Counted from the first letter of the stretch, positions 10,999 through 22,316 are shown. The stretch is DNA of 64,000 bases from an uncultured virus (IMG/VR IMGVR_UViG_3300025840_000026) (IMGVR_UViG_3300025840_000026); one strand, 5' to 3'. Notes: generated from the letters alone by a model not told the origin. Made by a program: numbers and translations.

Positions 10999-12474
10999 AT
11001 GGCAGCAATAATAACAGAAAAGTTTCGTGTTCATAATGCGAAACAGTTTAAGGAAGATTTTGGTGAATCAGCTTCATCAACCTATGTCTTCATTGGTAGA
11101 CCACAAGCATGGTCTGATGAGAATGCACCCCCAACACCTGCAAACGGTATTGGTCAGGAAGTAGATTCATGGTCAGATATGATTGCACTCAAGAAGATTG
11201 GGACAGCAGATGTATCACATGGTATAACAAGATACGACCACACATCTGGCACAACCTATGATGAGTATGCACACGATTATAGTGCAACCAACACTTCACC
11301 AGCAACTAGTTCAGATAATCTTTATGATTCAAGATTTTATGTAATTACAGACGAATACCATGTATACAAATGTATCAGAACAGGTAGAGATACTAATGGA
11401 GCAGTTGTTGCATCGACAGTAAAACCTACAGGAACAAGTGCAACAACAGTTATAGAAACCTCAGACTCAGGAGCTGCCTCAGGTCGTGGTTACAAATGGA
11501 AATACATGTATACAATTGGTGCCTCAGATACAATTAAGTTCGTTACTAGTGATTTCATGCCAGTGAAAACACTTGGTGCTCAAACAGAAATCGATGGAAC
11601 AGGAACTGCACTCAGTAGTGGTGGATTAGGAGTTGCAGCTACTGACGATGGTTCTGCACAATGGGATGTGGAGAACAGTGCAACTGATGGTGGTATTTTC
11701 CATGTAGTTGTAACTAACGGTGGTTCAGGTTATAATGACGGAACATATACTAGTGTTCCAATTGCTGGAGACGGTTCAGGTGCAACATGTAGTGTTGTTG
11801 TTTCTTCAGGTGCAATTTCTTATGTAACTGTCCCAACTGGAGAAGAAGGAACTGGTTATAGAAGAGCATCTATTGACATTGACAACATTCCATCTATTGG
11901 TTTAGGTTCAAACGGAACAGTTAAACCAATTATCTCACCTGAGATTGGTCATGGTGCAGACCCCGTTCAAGAACTTGGTGGTAACTATGTAATCGTAAAC
12001 TCAAGACTTGAGTTTGCAGAAGGTTCAGGTGACTTCCCAACAGATAACGACTTTAGAAGTATCGGTCTTATTCAAGACCCATTTACAGTTGGAACAACAA
12101 CTGTAGCATCTGCTGAAACACTTGCATCTTATAATAAGATGACACTTTCTACAGTGTCAGGAATTTCTGTAGATGATATCATTTTGAATGCATCTTCAGA
12201 TGGTTCAGGTGTTGCAGTAGGAAGAGTGGTTTCAATATCATCAAATGATGTTTCATATCTACCTATTGCTAACAGTGCAGGTGGTTATGCAGCTTTTGTT
12301 AACGCTAATACTGTATATGTAAGTGGTTCATCAATTGGAACAGTTACAAATGTCAACAGTGCATTCCCTGAAGTTCAAAGATATTCAGGACAAGTGATGT
12401 ATGTTGAGAACAGAGGAGCAGTTTCAAGAGCAGCCGACCAAATCGAAGATATTAAACTTATCATCGAAATGTAA
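10999..12474 (+). CDS. gp8: Baseplate wedge subunit (gp8-like)
   Basis: MAAIITEKFRVHNA; FYVITDEYHVYKCI; GYKWKYMYTI; ENRGAVSRAADQIEDIKLIIE. Confidence 0.9.
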   Translation: MAAIITEKFRVHNAKQFKEDFGESASSTYVFIGRPQAWSDENAPPTPANGIGQEVDSWSDMIALKKIGTADVSHGITRYDHTSGTTYDEYAHDYSATNTSPATSSDNLYDSRFYVITDEYHVYKCIRTGRDTNGAVVASTVKPTGTSATTVIETSDSGAASGRGYKWKYMYTIGASDTIKFVTSDFMPVKTLGAQTEIDGTGTALSSGGLGVAATDDGSAQWDVENSATDGGIFHVVVTNGGSGYNDGTYTSVPIAGDGSGATCSVVVSSGAISYVTVPTGEEGTGYRRASIDIDNIPSIGLGSNGTVKPIISPEIGHGADPVQELGGNYVIVNSRLEFAEGSGDFPTDNDFRSIGLIQDPFTVGTTTVASAETLASYNKMTLSTVSGISVDDIILNASSDGSGVAVGRVVSISSNDVSYLPIANSAGGYAAFVNANTVYVSGSSIGTVTNVNSAFPEVQRYSGQVMYVENRGAVSRAADQIEDIKLIIEM

Positions 12475-12476
12475 TC

Positions 12477-12500
12477 ATTCGTCCTCTCTTGGGGACGAAT
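12477..12500 (+). terminator. Intergenic stem-loop after gp8
   Basis: ATTCGTCCTC-TCTT-GGGGACGAAT. No U-tract, so it may be a processing or stability hairpin rather than a terminator. Confidence 0.45.
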
Positions 12501-12522
12501 AAATATAATAAAGAGATAGGAC

Positions 12523-15500
12523 ATGGCAGAAAAAACCGATTTAAATATATCACCATATTATGACGACTACAATGAAGACAAGAATTTTCATAAGGTTCTT
12601 TTCCGTGCAAGTCGACCACTACAAGCAAGAGAATTAACTCAGTCTCAATCTATACTTCAAAATCAGGTTGAGAAATTTGGTGACCACTTCTTTAAAGAAG
12701 GTGCAATCGTCCAAGGTGCTCAAACAGATATTGACATGGAAGCATACTATGTCAAGGTTTCTGCAGCCAATCCAAATTCAAACGGAGATGCAAATGTTGA
12801 AACCTACAGAACTGCAACTCATGAACAATATCTTCAAGGTAAAACCTCAGGTGTTATTGCAAAGTGTGTTTACTCTGCAGCTGAGACAGAAGATGAATCA
12901 TTAACTCTTTTTGTTAAATACATTTCACAAGGAACTAATGATACACACTCATTTGCGTTTTTAGCAAATGAAGAACTTCAAGTAGTTACACTTGACGGAG
13001 ATGGTAATGCATCAGAAGTTGGGTCAAACAATAATGACTTTACAGTTTTAAGTGCAGATAAACTACCAATTGGTAGAGGTTCACTTGCAAAGATTACCGA
13101 AGGAATTGTTTATGTCAGAGGTTTCTTTGTTAAGGTTCCTGCACAAACTTTAATCCTAGAGAAATTCTCAGGTAGACCTTCATACCGAATTGGTCTAAGT
13201 ATTGTAGAATCTCTCATCAGTTCTGCCGAAGATAGTTCACTTTTAGATAACTCTTCAGGAACTACAAACGAAAACGCTGCAGGTGCAGACCGTTTAAAAA
13301 TTTCACTAACTCTATCTAAGTTTGCAATTGATACAACAGACGATATTAACTTCGTTGAACTTGCACGAGTTAGTCAGGGTCTTATTGAATCACTAGTCAA
13401 CACAACAAGATATGGTGACGGTATTACCTCAACCCTTGCACGAAGAACATTCGATGCAAACGGTGACTTTGTTCTTAGACAATTCACTCACTCACTTAGA
13501 GAACACTTAGACGATACCACAAACAGAGGATTTTATCCAAAGAGATATGGTGGTGTAGAAGATAAATTCGTCCTACAGATTTCGCCTGGTAAGGCATATG
13601 TCCGTGGTTATGAAATTGATAAGATTGGAACAACCAATCTACCTTTTTCTAAAGCACGTTCAACAAAATCTATTCAAGATGCAAACACTCCTATTCGTTT
13701 AGGTAATCATCTTAGAGTATACAACGCACATTCACTTCCTGAATTCGGTAACGAAACAGGTTCAGACTCTATTGACCCATTCAACACATGTAAGTTATGG
13801 CCTAGTGTTGTTTCAAGTGCAGGAACAGAAAACTCAGAAGACCCTATTGGTTTTGCAAGAGTTAGAGACATTACATTAAGAGAAGGAACAGATTCCTCTA
13901 ATGTATATACTGATGCAAGTGTTTGGGAACTCTCAATGTTTGACATTAAGATGTTCACAAAAATTTCAGGAACCCAAACAAACACATTCACAGCTGGTGA
14001 CAGAGTTGTTGGGTCATCCTCAGGTGCATCAGGTATTGTTGCATACACTTCATCAGGACAACTATATGTCCACGATGTAGTCGGAACATTCACAACTTCA
14101 GATTCTATTTCATCTCAAGGTTCTAATACAGGTTCAATTTCAACAGTAACAGCTGTTAGAAACTACAACATTGATAGAGTAAGATCAATTACACAGGTTC
14201 CTGAAAATACTTCAAGAGAAGTTTTTACAGCTGATGTTCAATTAGATGCAGACAAGACTTTAACAGGAACCGTTATCTTTGCAAGTGGAAGTCCCACGGT
14301 TACAGGTTTTGGAACAAAGTATGTCACTGAACTTAAAGAAGGTGACTTAGTTTATAACCCTAGTGCATCAGAACTTCTAGTCGTAAGTTCAGTAACAAAT
14401 GATACTTCTTTTACTGCAACAACAAATGCTGGTGGTTCATATCAAGGTAATGCAACGAGAAGAAGAGCACAACTGCACAATCAAGATCAGACAGTTAATA
14501 TCTTCTCATGGCCAAGAAACTGGATTGCATCACATACACCCGAATCAGTAACAATTAAGAAACAAGAAGTTGTTACAATTTCTTCAGGTTCATTTACTGT
14601 AGATACAGATTCAAATGGAACCTTCTTACAGAGAAATACTGATAACTTCTCTATTGCAGTAGTTGAAGAATCATCAGGTTCACCAACAATTAACAATGGT
14701 GATATCCTTAACATTGAAGACTATACACTAAGTGTAACAACTTCAGGTTCAGGTCAACAGTTAACAGTATCAGGATTTGACTCAGCAGACAATGGTGCAA
14801 GATTGAAGGTAACCTTCTCTGCATCATATGTCAATCCAGTAAACAGAGATAAGACACTACGACAAGCAAGATGTTTGAAAGTAGGTAGTGCAAGAAGTGC
14901 TGGTGGTTTTTACGGAACTGCATACGATGATAAAGATATATCACTAGGTGTTACAGATGCATTTAAGATTAGGGGTATCTACGAAGGTGTAGATGGAACT
15001 CCTCTACCACCGAATGCAGCTTTCAGTATTTCAAGTGGAACACCAGTTGCATATGAAAAGATTGTTGGACAAACATCTGATGCACATGCTGTCATTATTA
15101 CATACAACGGTAGTGGTGCAACATCATACTTCTACTACACAAACAATAATAGATTCCAAGATGGTGAAACTGTTATTGGACAAACATCAAATGCAATTTT
15201 CACTGTAGGTTCTATTTCAGCTGGTTCACCAAACATTACAAAGAGATACTTCTTTGATGATGGACAGAGAGATGGATTCTATGACCTTTCAAAACTTACA
15301 AGAAAGGCAGGAGAACCTGCACCAAATAATGCTATCTTAGTAGTGTTTGACTACTTTACCTCATCAGGTGGTGGTGACTTCTATGATGTTAACTCTTATT
15401 CATCAATTGATTATAAAGATATCCCTGTCTACTCTCCAAGTAGAGTTGACTTAGGTGGTTTAGAACCCGATGGAACTTATGAGTTATCAGATTCCGTAGA

Positions 15501-18500
15501 CTTTAGACCATCTGTTGGACAGGTTTTAGGAAGTTCTACATTTGCAACTGCAAATGCAGACCCCACATCTCCAGTTGATTTATCTAATTCATCCACTGGT
15601 GCTGTTTATGCACCGATGAGTTATGACACTGGTAGGTCATATAAGAGCAGTAGAACAGGTATTACATCATCAAACGCAAGTGTTGTAGATACACCTGTCA
15701 ATGAAACATCCGTAGTGGGTGACCTAAGTTTCTATGTGGGAAGAATTGATAAAGTGTTCCTACACAGAAGTGGAGAGTTTAGACTTTCACAAGGTATTCC
15801 AGCTCTTTCTCCAACAAAACCTAAATCTCTAGATGAATCTATTGAGATGTTTGAGTTAACAATTCCACCTTATACTTTAAACTTATCAGAGATTAAAGTA
15901 AGGTCGTTTGAACACAGACGTTATACAATGTCAGACATTGGTAAGATTAATAATCGTGTAACTAACCTTGAAAGAATTACATCTCTTTCTCTGTTAGAAA
16001 AAGATACACAAACAAAACAGATTTTAGACTCAGATGGTTTTGATAGATTTAAATCAGGTTTCTTAGTAGATAACTTTAGAGGTCACAGAGTTGGTGATAC
16101 TCAACATCCCGACTATTCAATTTCAATTGATAATAAGTTGGGTGCAATGAGACCTAAAAACTTTACACAGTTTTTTGACATTGAGTTAAACACAGGTGCT
16201 TCAGGAAGTTACCAAAAGACTGGTGACCTAATCACACTACCATATACTGAACAAACCTATATTAATAACACTAAAGCATCAAGACAAATAAATGTTAACC
16301 CATATAATGTGTTTGCATTTATTGGTAACATTAAACTAACTCCTGCAACAGATATCTGGCAGGACACTGAACAACTACCCGAAGTAAGAGTAAATAGAGA
16401 AGGTAACTTTGATGCACTTTCAGGTATCAATGGTATTGGAACAGTTTGGAATAACTGGCAGACCACATGGGTTGGTGAACCTAGAACAGTTTCTAGTCAA
16501 GTTACTGCAACCTCTAATGGTCAGTGGTCAGGTGACCCTGCACAAGGTGGTGAATGGCAAGCTGGATTCCAGTTAACAAGAGAGATTACTGAAACACCCG
16601 AAACACAAACTAGAACAGGTGTTACTACATCTGTTGTGGAAGATTTTGTTGAAACAAGAAACGATAGAATCGTATCAGTTTCAGTCGTTCCTTTCATTCG
16701 TGCAAGAACAATTGAAATTGATGCAACTAATTTAAAACCTAATACTAATCACTTTATATTCTTTGATGGTATTAGAGTCGATCAATATGTAAGACCATTT
16801 AGCGGTTCCTTCTCACAAGACGGTGGAACTGGTGCATCTTCAGGTGTTAAAACAAATGGTAACGGTAGACTTCGTGCATACTTTGATATTCCAAGTAACT
16901 CTGCACAGAGATTCCCAACTGGTCAAAGAGATTTAAGAATTACATCAAGTTTCTATAACTTGACTAACCCTGCATCTAGTGGTAATACACAGTATCAAGC
17001 ACAGGGTCTTCTTCAATCTTCACAGACAGAAATTGTATCAACTAGAAATGGTAGGATTGTAACTGAAACAACATCAGAAAATAGAGATTTTTCAAGTAGA
17101 GGTGAAATATTAAACTCAACTGCAATTGATACCTCTGCAACTCCATATCCATCTCCACCTGAGATACCACCAGCTGCACAGATTCCAGTTGACAACACAT
17201 CTGTTCCTGAACCAGTTTCAGAACCAACTCTTCCTACACCCGAACCTGCACCACAGTGGTCACCAATTGCAGCTCCAGTTCCTGAGCCATCTCCACCTAT
17301 ACCTACGGTAACCGAACCAGTAGTAGAAGACTTATGGGTGGAACCATGGTTTGAAAGAAGAGATTTAGCGAGACTACCTATATGGAGAAGAGAATTTCAA
17401 GAAGACCAAGACCCTCTTGCACAATCATTTTTGGTTGATGCATCAGGTGGTATGTTCTTAACTTCAGTAGGTATATACTTTGCAACCAAAGATGAGTCTA
17501 TTCCAGTAAGAGTAGAAATCAGAAACATGGTTAATGGTTATCCAGGCCAAGTTATTCTACCATTCTCAGATGTAACTAAGAATCCTTCAGAAGTCACCAC
17601 TTCAGTTGATGGTTCCGTTGCAACTACATTTACATTTGATTCACCTGTTTACTTAGAACAAGGTAAGGAATATTGTTTTGTAGTCTTATCAAACTCTGAT
17701 AAGTATGAAGCATTTATTTCTAGAATGGGTGAACCTGATCTTATCACTGGACAAACCATTGCAGAACAACCTGCAACAGGTTCACTATTCATGTCTCAGA
17801 ATGCATCCACATGGACAGCAGAACAGACTGATGACTTGAAGTTCCATCTAAAACATGCAAAATTTGATACAACAAAATATGCAGATTTAAGATTCGATAA
17901 CGCTGCACTACCTGTTGCAAATCTTCAAGATAATCCAATTGAGTCATTTAGTGGACAGAACTATGTTAAAGTCTACAGTTATACACACGGAATGTATACG
18001 ACTAGTTCTAATGTAACAGTTAGTGGTGTAACAGGTAATATGACAGGATGTGTTGTGAACATTGGTGGTGCATCATTAGTAACAGGAAGTCTTCCAGCAG
18101 ATGGAACATATACAGGTATTGCAACTACTACAGATGTAGGAAGTAGTGGTCAAAACTGCACAGTAGATATTGTAGTATCTTCAGGTGCAATCACATCAAC
18201 CAAGATTTCAAATCCAGGCTTATCATATACAACAGATAATACACTAACAGTTACAAACTTTGGTGGTGTAAGTGAAACAAACAGTGTTACCATAGCAATT
18301 GATACTGTTGCAGAAACACTAGGTGGTATACCAGTTGATGCAATCAATCAGACATTTACATCAATCTCTAACATAGGTATTGATTCATTCTGTGTAATAC
18401 CCGATGTGTCATCATACGATTTCGTTTCAGGTTATACAGCAGTAGAGTCAACATTGAGTGGTGGTGCAGATGCAAAATCAACTAGAAACTACTACTTTGA

Positions 18501-19251
18501 TGCAATTCATACCATGATACCAAACACTATGTTGGAAAGCACACTGATTAGTGTTGCAGTAAACACAACTGCAATGGATTCACCCGAAGGATATAGTGGT
18601 GGTGGAACTGCTTATCAGATGAGAGCAGCTGGTGATATGATAACACTAAATGATAATGTGTTCTTCAGTTCACCAAGTATTGTTGCATCTCCTATTAACG
18701 AAACAAATGAAATGTCTTCACAGAAATCATTCTATTGTAGAGTTCAGATGAAGACACAAAACAGTAATGTGTCACCAGTATTGGATGTTGCAACTATAGG
18801 TTGTTTGGGTATTGCAAACAGAATAAATGAGATTAACTCATCTAATGATGTTCCACTTGGAACTACCTATATTGCATCTACAGAACCCGATGGTGATAAC
18901 AACAAGATGGTTTATGTAACGAAGAAAGTTAACTTGAAAACTCCTGCAACTGCATTGAGAGTTACAGCTGATATCTTCAACCCACCTACAACGAATGTTA
19001 AGTTCATGTATAAAGTGTTAAGAAATGATGAAGCAACTCCTTTCGATGATACAGGATGGGAATATTTTAACTCTAACGGTTCACCTGATTCTTCATTAGT
19101 ATCAGATGCAAGAAACTTTAAAGAGTATGAGTTCACAGTTGAGAACCTACCTGAGTTTGGTGCATTTGCAATTAAAGTTATAGGACAAGGAAGTAATACC
19201 TCAGTAGTGCCACTCGTATCTGCACTTAGATGTATTGCACTTGCAACATAA
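12523..19251 (+). CDS. Large VrlC-like (DUF4815-type) virion structural protein
   Basis: KTDLNISPYYDDY...FHKVLFR; QARELTQSQSILQNQ; RRYTMSDIGKI; DRFKSGFLVDNF; DPLAQSF; 2242 aa. Confidence 0.8.
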   Translation: MAEKTDLNISPYYDDYNEDKNFHKVLFRASRPLQARELTQSQSILQNQVEKFGDHFFKEGAIVQGAQTDIDMEAYYVKVSAANPNSNGDANVETYRTATHEQYLQGKTSGVIAKCVYSAAETEDESLTLFVKYISQGTNDTHSFAFLANEELQVVTLDGDGNASEVGSNNNDFTVLSADKLPIGRGSLAKITEGIVYVRGFFVKVPAQTLILEKFSGRPSYRIGLSIVESLISSAEDSSLLDNSSGTTNENAAGADRLKISLTLSKFAIDTTDDINFVELARVSQGLIESLVNTTRYGDGITSTLARRTFDANGDFVLRQFTHSLREHLDDTTNRGFYPKRYGGVEDKFVLQISPGKAYVRGYEIDKIGTTNLPFSKARSTKSIQDANTPIRLGNHLRVYNAHSLPEFGNETGSDSIDPFNTCKLWPSVVSSAGTENSEDPIGFARVRDITLREGTDSSNVYTDASVWELSMFDIKMFTKISGTQTNTFTAGDRVVGSSSGASGIVAYTSSGQLYVHDVVGTFTTSDSISSQGSNTGSISTVTAVRNYNIDRVRSITQVPENTSREVFTADVQLDADKTLTGTVIFASGSPTVTGFGTKYVTELKEGDLVYNPSASELLVVSSVTNDTSFTATTNAGGSYQGNATRRRAQLHNQDQTVNIFSWPRNWIASHTPESVTIKKQEVVTISSGSFTVDTDSNGTFLQRNTDNFSIAVVEESSGSPTINNGDILNIEDYTLSVTTSGSGQQLTVSGFDSADNGARLKVTFSASYVNPVNRDKTLRQARCLKVGSARSAGGFYGTAYDDKDISLGVTDAFKIRGIYEGVDGTPLPPNAAFSISSGTPVAYEKIVGQTSDAHAVIITYNGSGATSYFYYTNNNRFQDGETVIGQTSNAIFTVGSISAGSPNITKRYFFDDGQRDGFYDLSKLTRKAGEPAPNNAILVVFDYFTSSGGGDFYDVNSYSSIDYKDIPVYSPSRVDLGGLEPDGTYELSDSVDFRPSVGQVLGSSTFATANADPTSPVDLSNSSTGAVYAPMSYDTGRSYKSSRTGITSSNASVVDTPVNETSVVGDLSFYVGRIDKVFLHRSGEFRLSQGIPALSPTKPKSLDESIEMFELTIPPYTLNLSEIKVRSFEHRRYTMSDIGKINNRVTNLERITSLSLLEKDTQTKQILDSDGFDRFKSGFLVDNFRGHRVGDTQHPDYSISIDNKLGAMRPKNFTQFFDIELNTGASGSYQKTGDLITLPYTEQTYINNTKASRQINVNPYNVFAFIGNIKLTPATDIWQDTEQLPEVRVNREGNFDALSGINGIGTVWNNWQTTWVGEPRTVSSQVTATSNGQWSGDPAQGGEWQAGFQLTREITETPETQTRTGVTTSVVEDFVETRNDRIVSVSVVPFIRARTIEIDATNLKPNTNHFIFFDGIRVDQYVRPFSGSFSQDGGTGASSGVKTNGNGRLRAYFDIPSNSAQRFPTGQRDLRITSSFYNLTNPASSGNTQYQAQGLLQSSQTEIVSTRNGRIVTETTSENRDFSSRGEILNSTAIDTSATPYPSPPEIPPAAQIPVDNTSVPEPVSEPTLPTPEPAPQWSPIAAPVPEPSPPIPTVTEPVVEDLWVEPWFERRDLARLPIWRREFQEDQDPLAQSFLVDASGGMFLTSVGIYFATKDESIPVRVEIRNMVNGYPGQVILPFSDVTKNPSEVTTSVDGSVATTFTFDSPVYLEQGKEYCFVVLSNSDKYEAFISRMGEPDLITGQTIAEQPATGSLFMSQNASTWTAEQTDDLKFHLKHAKFDTTKYADLRFDNAALPVANLQDNPIESFSGQNYVKVYSYTHGMYTTSSNVTVSGVTGNMTGCVVNIGGASLVTGSLPADGTYTGIATTTDVGSSGQNCTVDIVVSSGAITSTKISNPGLSYTTDNTLTVTNFGGVSETNSVTIAIDTVAETLGGIPVDAINQTFTSISNIGIDSFCVIPDVSSYDFVSGYTAVESTLSGGADAKSTRNYYFDAIHTMIPNTMLESTLISVAVNTTAMDSPEGYSGGGTAYQMRAAGDMITLNDNVFFSSPSIVASPINETNEMSSQKSFYCRVQMKTQNSNVSPVLDVATIGCLGIANRINEINSSNDVPLGTTYIASTEPDGDNNKMVYVTKKVNLKTPATALRVTADIFNPPTTNVKFMYKVLRNDEATPFDDTGWEYFNSNGSPDSSLVSDARNFKEYEFTVENLPEFGAFAIKVIGQGSNTSVVPLVSALRCIALAT

Positions 19252-19252
19252 G

Positions 19253-19465
19253 ATGTCAGAGTATAGTAGAGTAGAAGGACATTCAAATCTTATTAGAGAT
19301 GAAGAAACCACTGCTATCGTTAATACCGATATCAATGCATACTACATGGCTAAGAGAAGAAAAGAAATTTTTATGACTCAGGTAAATGAAATAAATACAT
19401 TAAAGAAGGAAGTAACGGACATTAAAATCCTTCTTCAAAAAATGGTAGAAAAATTAAATGGCTAA
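19253..19465 (+). CDS. Small conserved hypothetical protein (C-terminal coiled coil)
   Basis: Likely start MSEYSRVEGHSNLIRDE...AIVN, typical of the gene following VrlC-like genes in marine T4-like phages. Confidence 0.6.
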   Translation: MSEYSRVEGHSNLIRDEETTAIVNTDINAYYMAKRRKEIFMTQVNEINTLKKEVTDIKILLQKMVEKLNG

Positions 19466-21038
19466 GACAGTAGACAACCACAGCACAATCGAAGACTTTA
19501 GAAGACGTTATAACGAACTTGCAACAGACGTTGGTGATATATCAGGCCTAAGAGACACTATTAAAAACTTTAATGGTGGTTCAATTGTAGATGCTGTAAA
19601 TGCAATCGAAGATAAAACTTTTTTCTTTCAAGAATTTATTTATACTGCAACTTCAGGTCAGACTACATTTAGTGGTGATGATGAATTCGAAAATGAACTA
19701 AAATTTAAAAGAAACAGAATACAGGTTTTCAAAAACGATCAACATTTATTAGAGACAGATGATTATATTATCGCCTCACCATTAGGTGCATTTCATACTT
19801 CTATTGTTTTAAATGTAGCTGCATCTTTAAATGATAAGATTACTATCTATTCATATACTGGTTCCTTTGAGGGAACAGCTAATGCAGCTAATATTATAGG
19901 GTATTTTTCAGAGTCTGCTGCAAACACTATTTACAATACCAATGATAACGGTGTTATTCTAAATGGTGATAACTCTACACCAACTACTACATTACAAGCA
20001 GGTTACACACTTCAACTTGCAGGTAAAACATATGCAGAAGAAGATATTACACTTGCAAGTGGTAAGACATTAACTGCACCTATTATTACAGATGGCACTG
20101 CACAAATCACTGGTGGAGTCGGAACTTCATTCTCAAGTATTACCTCAACAAGTTTTGTGGGTAATCTAACAGGTAACGTTACATCCAGTGGTCTATCAAC
20201 ATTTTCAAATGCTGACATTAATGGTGGTGCTATTGATGGAACAACAATTGGAGCAACAACTACTTCAACTGGTGCATTTACAACTGTTAGTGCAAGTGGT
20301 GGTTTTAGTGGTAACCTAACAGGTAACGTAACTGGTAATGTAACTGGTAACTTGACAGGTAATGTTACAGGTAATGTTACAGGTGATCTGACTGGTGATG
20401 TTACAGGTGATGTAACTGGTAACTTGTCAGGAAACGTAACTGGTAATGTTACAGGTAATGTAACAGGTAATGTCACGGGGACAGTTTCAAGTATTTCTAA
20501 TCACAGCACAACTAACTTAACAGAAGGCACAAATAAATACTACACTGATGCAAGGGTAGACTCAAGAATGAGTGGTAAGGATTTAAACTTCTTTGATGAT
20601 GTTAATTATACCACAACCCCAACAGCAGGTCAAATTCTAGTATGGGACAACGCAAATCAATATTGGGAACCTGCTGATAATTCAACAACCTCAGATAGTG
20701 TTACTGAAGGTTCAAACAATTTATACTTTACGAATGCTAGAGTTTCTACAAGAGTTGACACAATACTTAATCACTCTAATCACAGTAATATTACTGCGAC
20801 TAAAGTCGGTGATGAAATTAGATTGTCTGCTGCATCACAATATGGTGACTCGGATGTTCAATCTTATTTGAGTGGTGGGGCAGGACTTGCATTGAGTGGT
20901 TCAGGAAGTTTTTCTGTAAATACAAGTAATGGTGTGAAAATTTCAGGTGATAATGTCGTATTAGATTACGAGACTACGTCCACTGCACCATCAAGTGTTG
21001 GTTCAACATCTACAGGACACCTTTGGTTTGTAATTTAA
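19458..21038 (+). CDS. Tail fibre-like protein (module 1 shaft)
   Basis: Coiled-coil N-terminus; ATSGQTTF domain; GNVT repeats; two TEGxxNxYxTxAR motifs; C-terminal STAPSS...GHLWFVI. Confidence 0.7.
   Translation: MAKTVDNHSTIEDFRRRYNELATDVGDISGLRDTIKNFNGGSIVDAVNAIEDKTFFFQEFIYTATSGQTTFSGDDEFENELKFKRNRIQVFKNDQHLLETDDYIIASPLGAFHTSIVLNVAASLNDKITIYSYTGSFEGTANAANIIGYFSESAANTIYNTNDNGVILNGDNSTPTTTLQAGYTLQLAGKTYAEEDITLASGKTLTAPIITDGTAQITGGVGTSFSSITSTSFVGNLTGNVTSSGLSTFSNADINGGAIDGTTIGATTTSTGAFTTVSASGGFSGNLTGNVTGNVTGNLTGNVTGNVTGDLTGDVTGDVTGNLSGNVTGNVTGNVTGNVTGTVSSISNHSTTNLTEGTNKYYTDARVDSRMSGKDLNFFDDVNYTTTPTAGQILVWDNANQYWEPADNSTTSDSVTEGSNNLYFTNARVSTRVDTILNHSNHSNITATKVGDEIRLSAASQYGDSDVQSYLSGGAGLALSGSGSFSVNTSNGVKISGDNVVLDYETTSTAPSSVGSTSTGHLWFVI
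20310..20477 (+). repeat. Coding tandem repeat, 14 x G(N/D)(V/L)(T/S), 12-nt period
   Basis: GNLT GNVT GNVT GNLT ... GNVT read directly from the translation. Confidence 0.9.
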
Positions 21039-21047
21039 TGGGACAAA

Positions 21048-22304
21048 ATGACAGATATATACGTAAATACTGGAACAACCTTTCAACAACCTTATAATGC
21101 TCGCCAACCTGCAATTGGTAGGGTTCCTGCGAACTCACAATTAACAGCTAGGCAACCTGTAAATGCACAAACACCATTTACCTATCAGAATAGGTCACCG
21201 TTCACTTATAGAAACCCTGTAAGTGGTCAACAACCTTATATTGCTGATGCTCAGCAACCATATCCGTATATTGCTAATGCACAGCAACCCTATATTGCGA
21301 ATAGTCAAACACCATTTACTTATCAGAACAGACAACCTGCAATAGCACAACAACCTTATATTGCTAATGCTCAACAACCATACATTGCTAATGGACAAAC
21401 TCCATTTACCTATCAAAACAGATACCCTGCTAATGCACAAACACCATATATTGCAAATGCAAGACAACCTGCTACCTACCAAGCAAGGTCTCCATTTACA
21501 TATAGAAATCCTTATATTGCAAATGCTCAACAACCCTATATTGCAAATGCTAGACAACCTTCTATTGCAAATGCACAAACACCGTTTATCTATCAGGCTG
21601 CCTATCAAGCACAGGGAAATTATCGAGTTCCTTTCACTTATCAAGTTTCAGTCCCAGCAATAGGAACAGCTCCTGCTAATGGAACACAGCCTGGTGCAAA
21701 TATAACGGTAACTGAAACAGTTTCAAATTCCACAACAGGCATGTCTTTGTGGTTGTATAAAAGCACACAAAATGCCCCACCAAGTGTGTTTGCTAATTTT
21801 ATAATTTATATAAAACTTAATTTTACCTCTACAACTGCTGTAACTATGTCAGCAAAATTTACAACTGGGCCATATAGTAACAGGTCTCTACCCTCATGGG
21901 CTTCCTCTTGGGGGACTTATTATGTTATGTGGTATCTGAGTGTTAGTTCAACACCTGATACTTTTCAACATGAAACTTCTACATCGTATATGATAGAAGA
22001 CAATGGGGGAAACCAGTATGTGGCAACTAATATAGGCACCAATAGTGATGTTACTTACTCAATTAATGGCACTTCAACAAATTATACTTGGCCAACAACC
22101 TCATATCTTGGAACTTATGGATATCAAATTAATATGACAATGGAGCAAGAAGGTTATGGTGGGGGAACAGCCACTTTTACCCATGGTCATACTTTCAGAA
22201 TGAATAAATCAGGGTTTCCTACATATACAGGCCCTAGTGTTGATACTGATAATGAGATAATAATGCTAAATTCTGGTGGTGGAACACCGCCTCCACCTGT
22301 TTAG
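21048..22304 (+). CDS. Pro/Tyr/Gln repeat protein A1 with a C-terminal globular domain
   Basis: aa 13-198 are 24 xxP-led units (QQPYIANA, QTPFTYQN, RSPFTY...), followed by a ~200-aa non-repetitive domain; ends GGGTPPPPV. Confidence 0.8.
   Translation: MTDIYVNTGTTFQQPYNARQPAIGRVPANSQLTARQPVNAQTPFTYQNRSPFTYRNPVSGQQPYIADAQQPYPYIANAQQPYIANSQTPFTYQNRQPAIAQQPYIANAQQPYIANGQTPFTYQNRYPANAQTPYIANARQPATYQARSPFTYRNPYIANAQQPYIANARQPSIANAQTPFIYQAAYQAQGNYRVPFTYQVSVPAIGTAPANGTQPGANITVTETVSNSTTGMSLWLYKSTQNAPPSVFANFIIYIKLNFTSTTAVTMSAKFTTGPYSNRSLPSWASSWGTYYVMWYLSVSSTPDTFQHETSTSYMIEDNGGNQYVATNIGTNSDVTYSINGTSTNYTWPTTSYLGTYGYQINMTMEQEGYGGGTATFTHGHTFRMNKSGFPTYTGPSVDTDNEIIMLNSGGGTPPPPV
21084..21641 (+). repeat. Coding repeat array of A1 (24 units, 186 aa)
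   Basis: Units parsed by hand from the translation. Confidence 0.85.
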
Positions 22305-22316
22305 GAGATATAAGTA

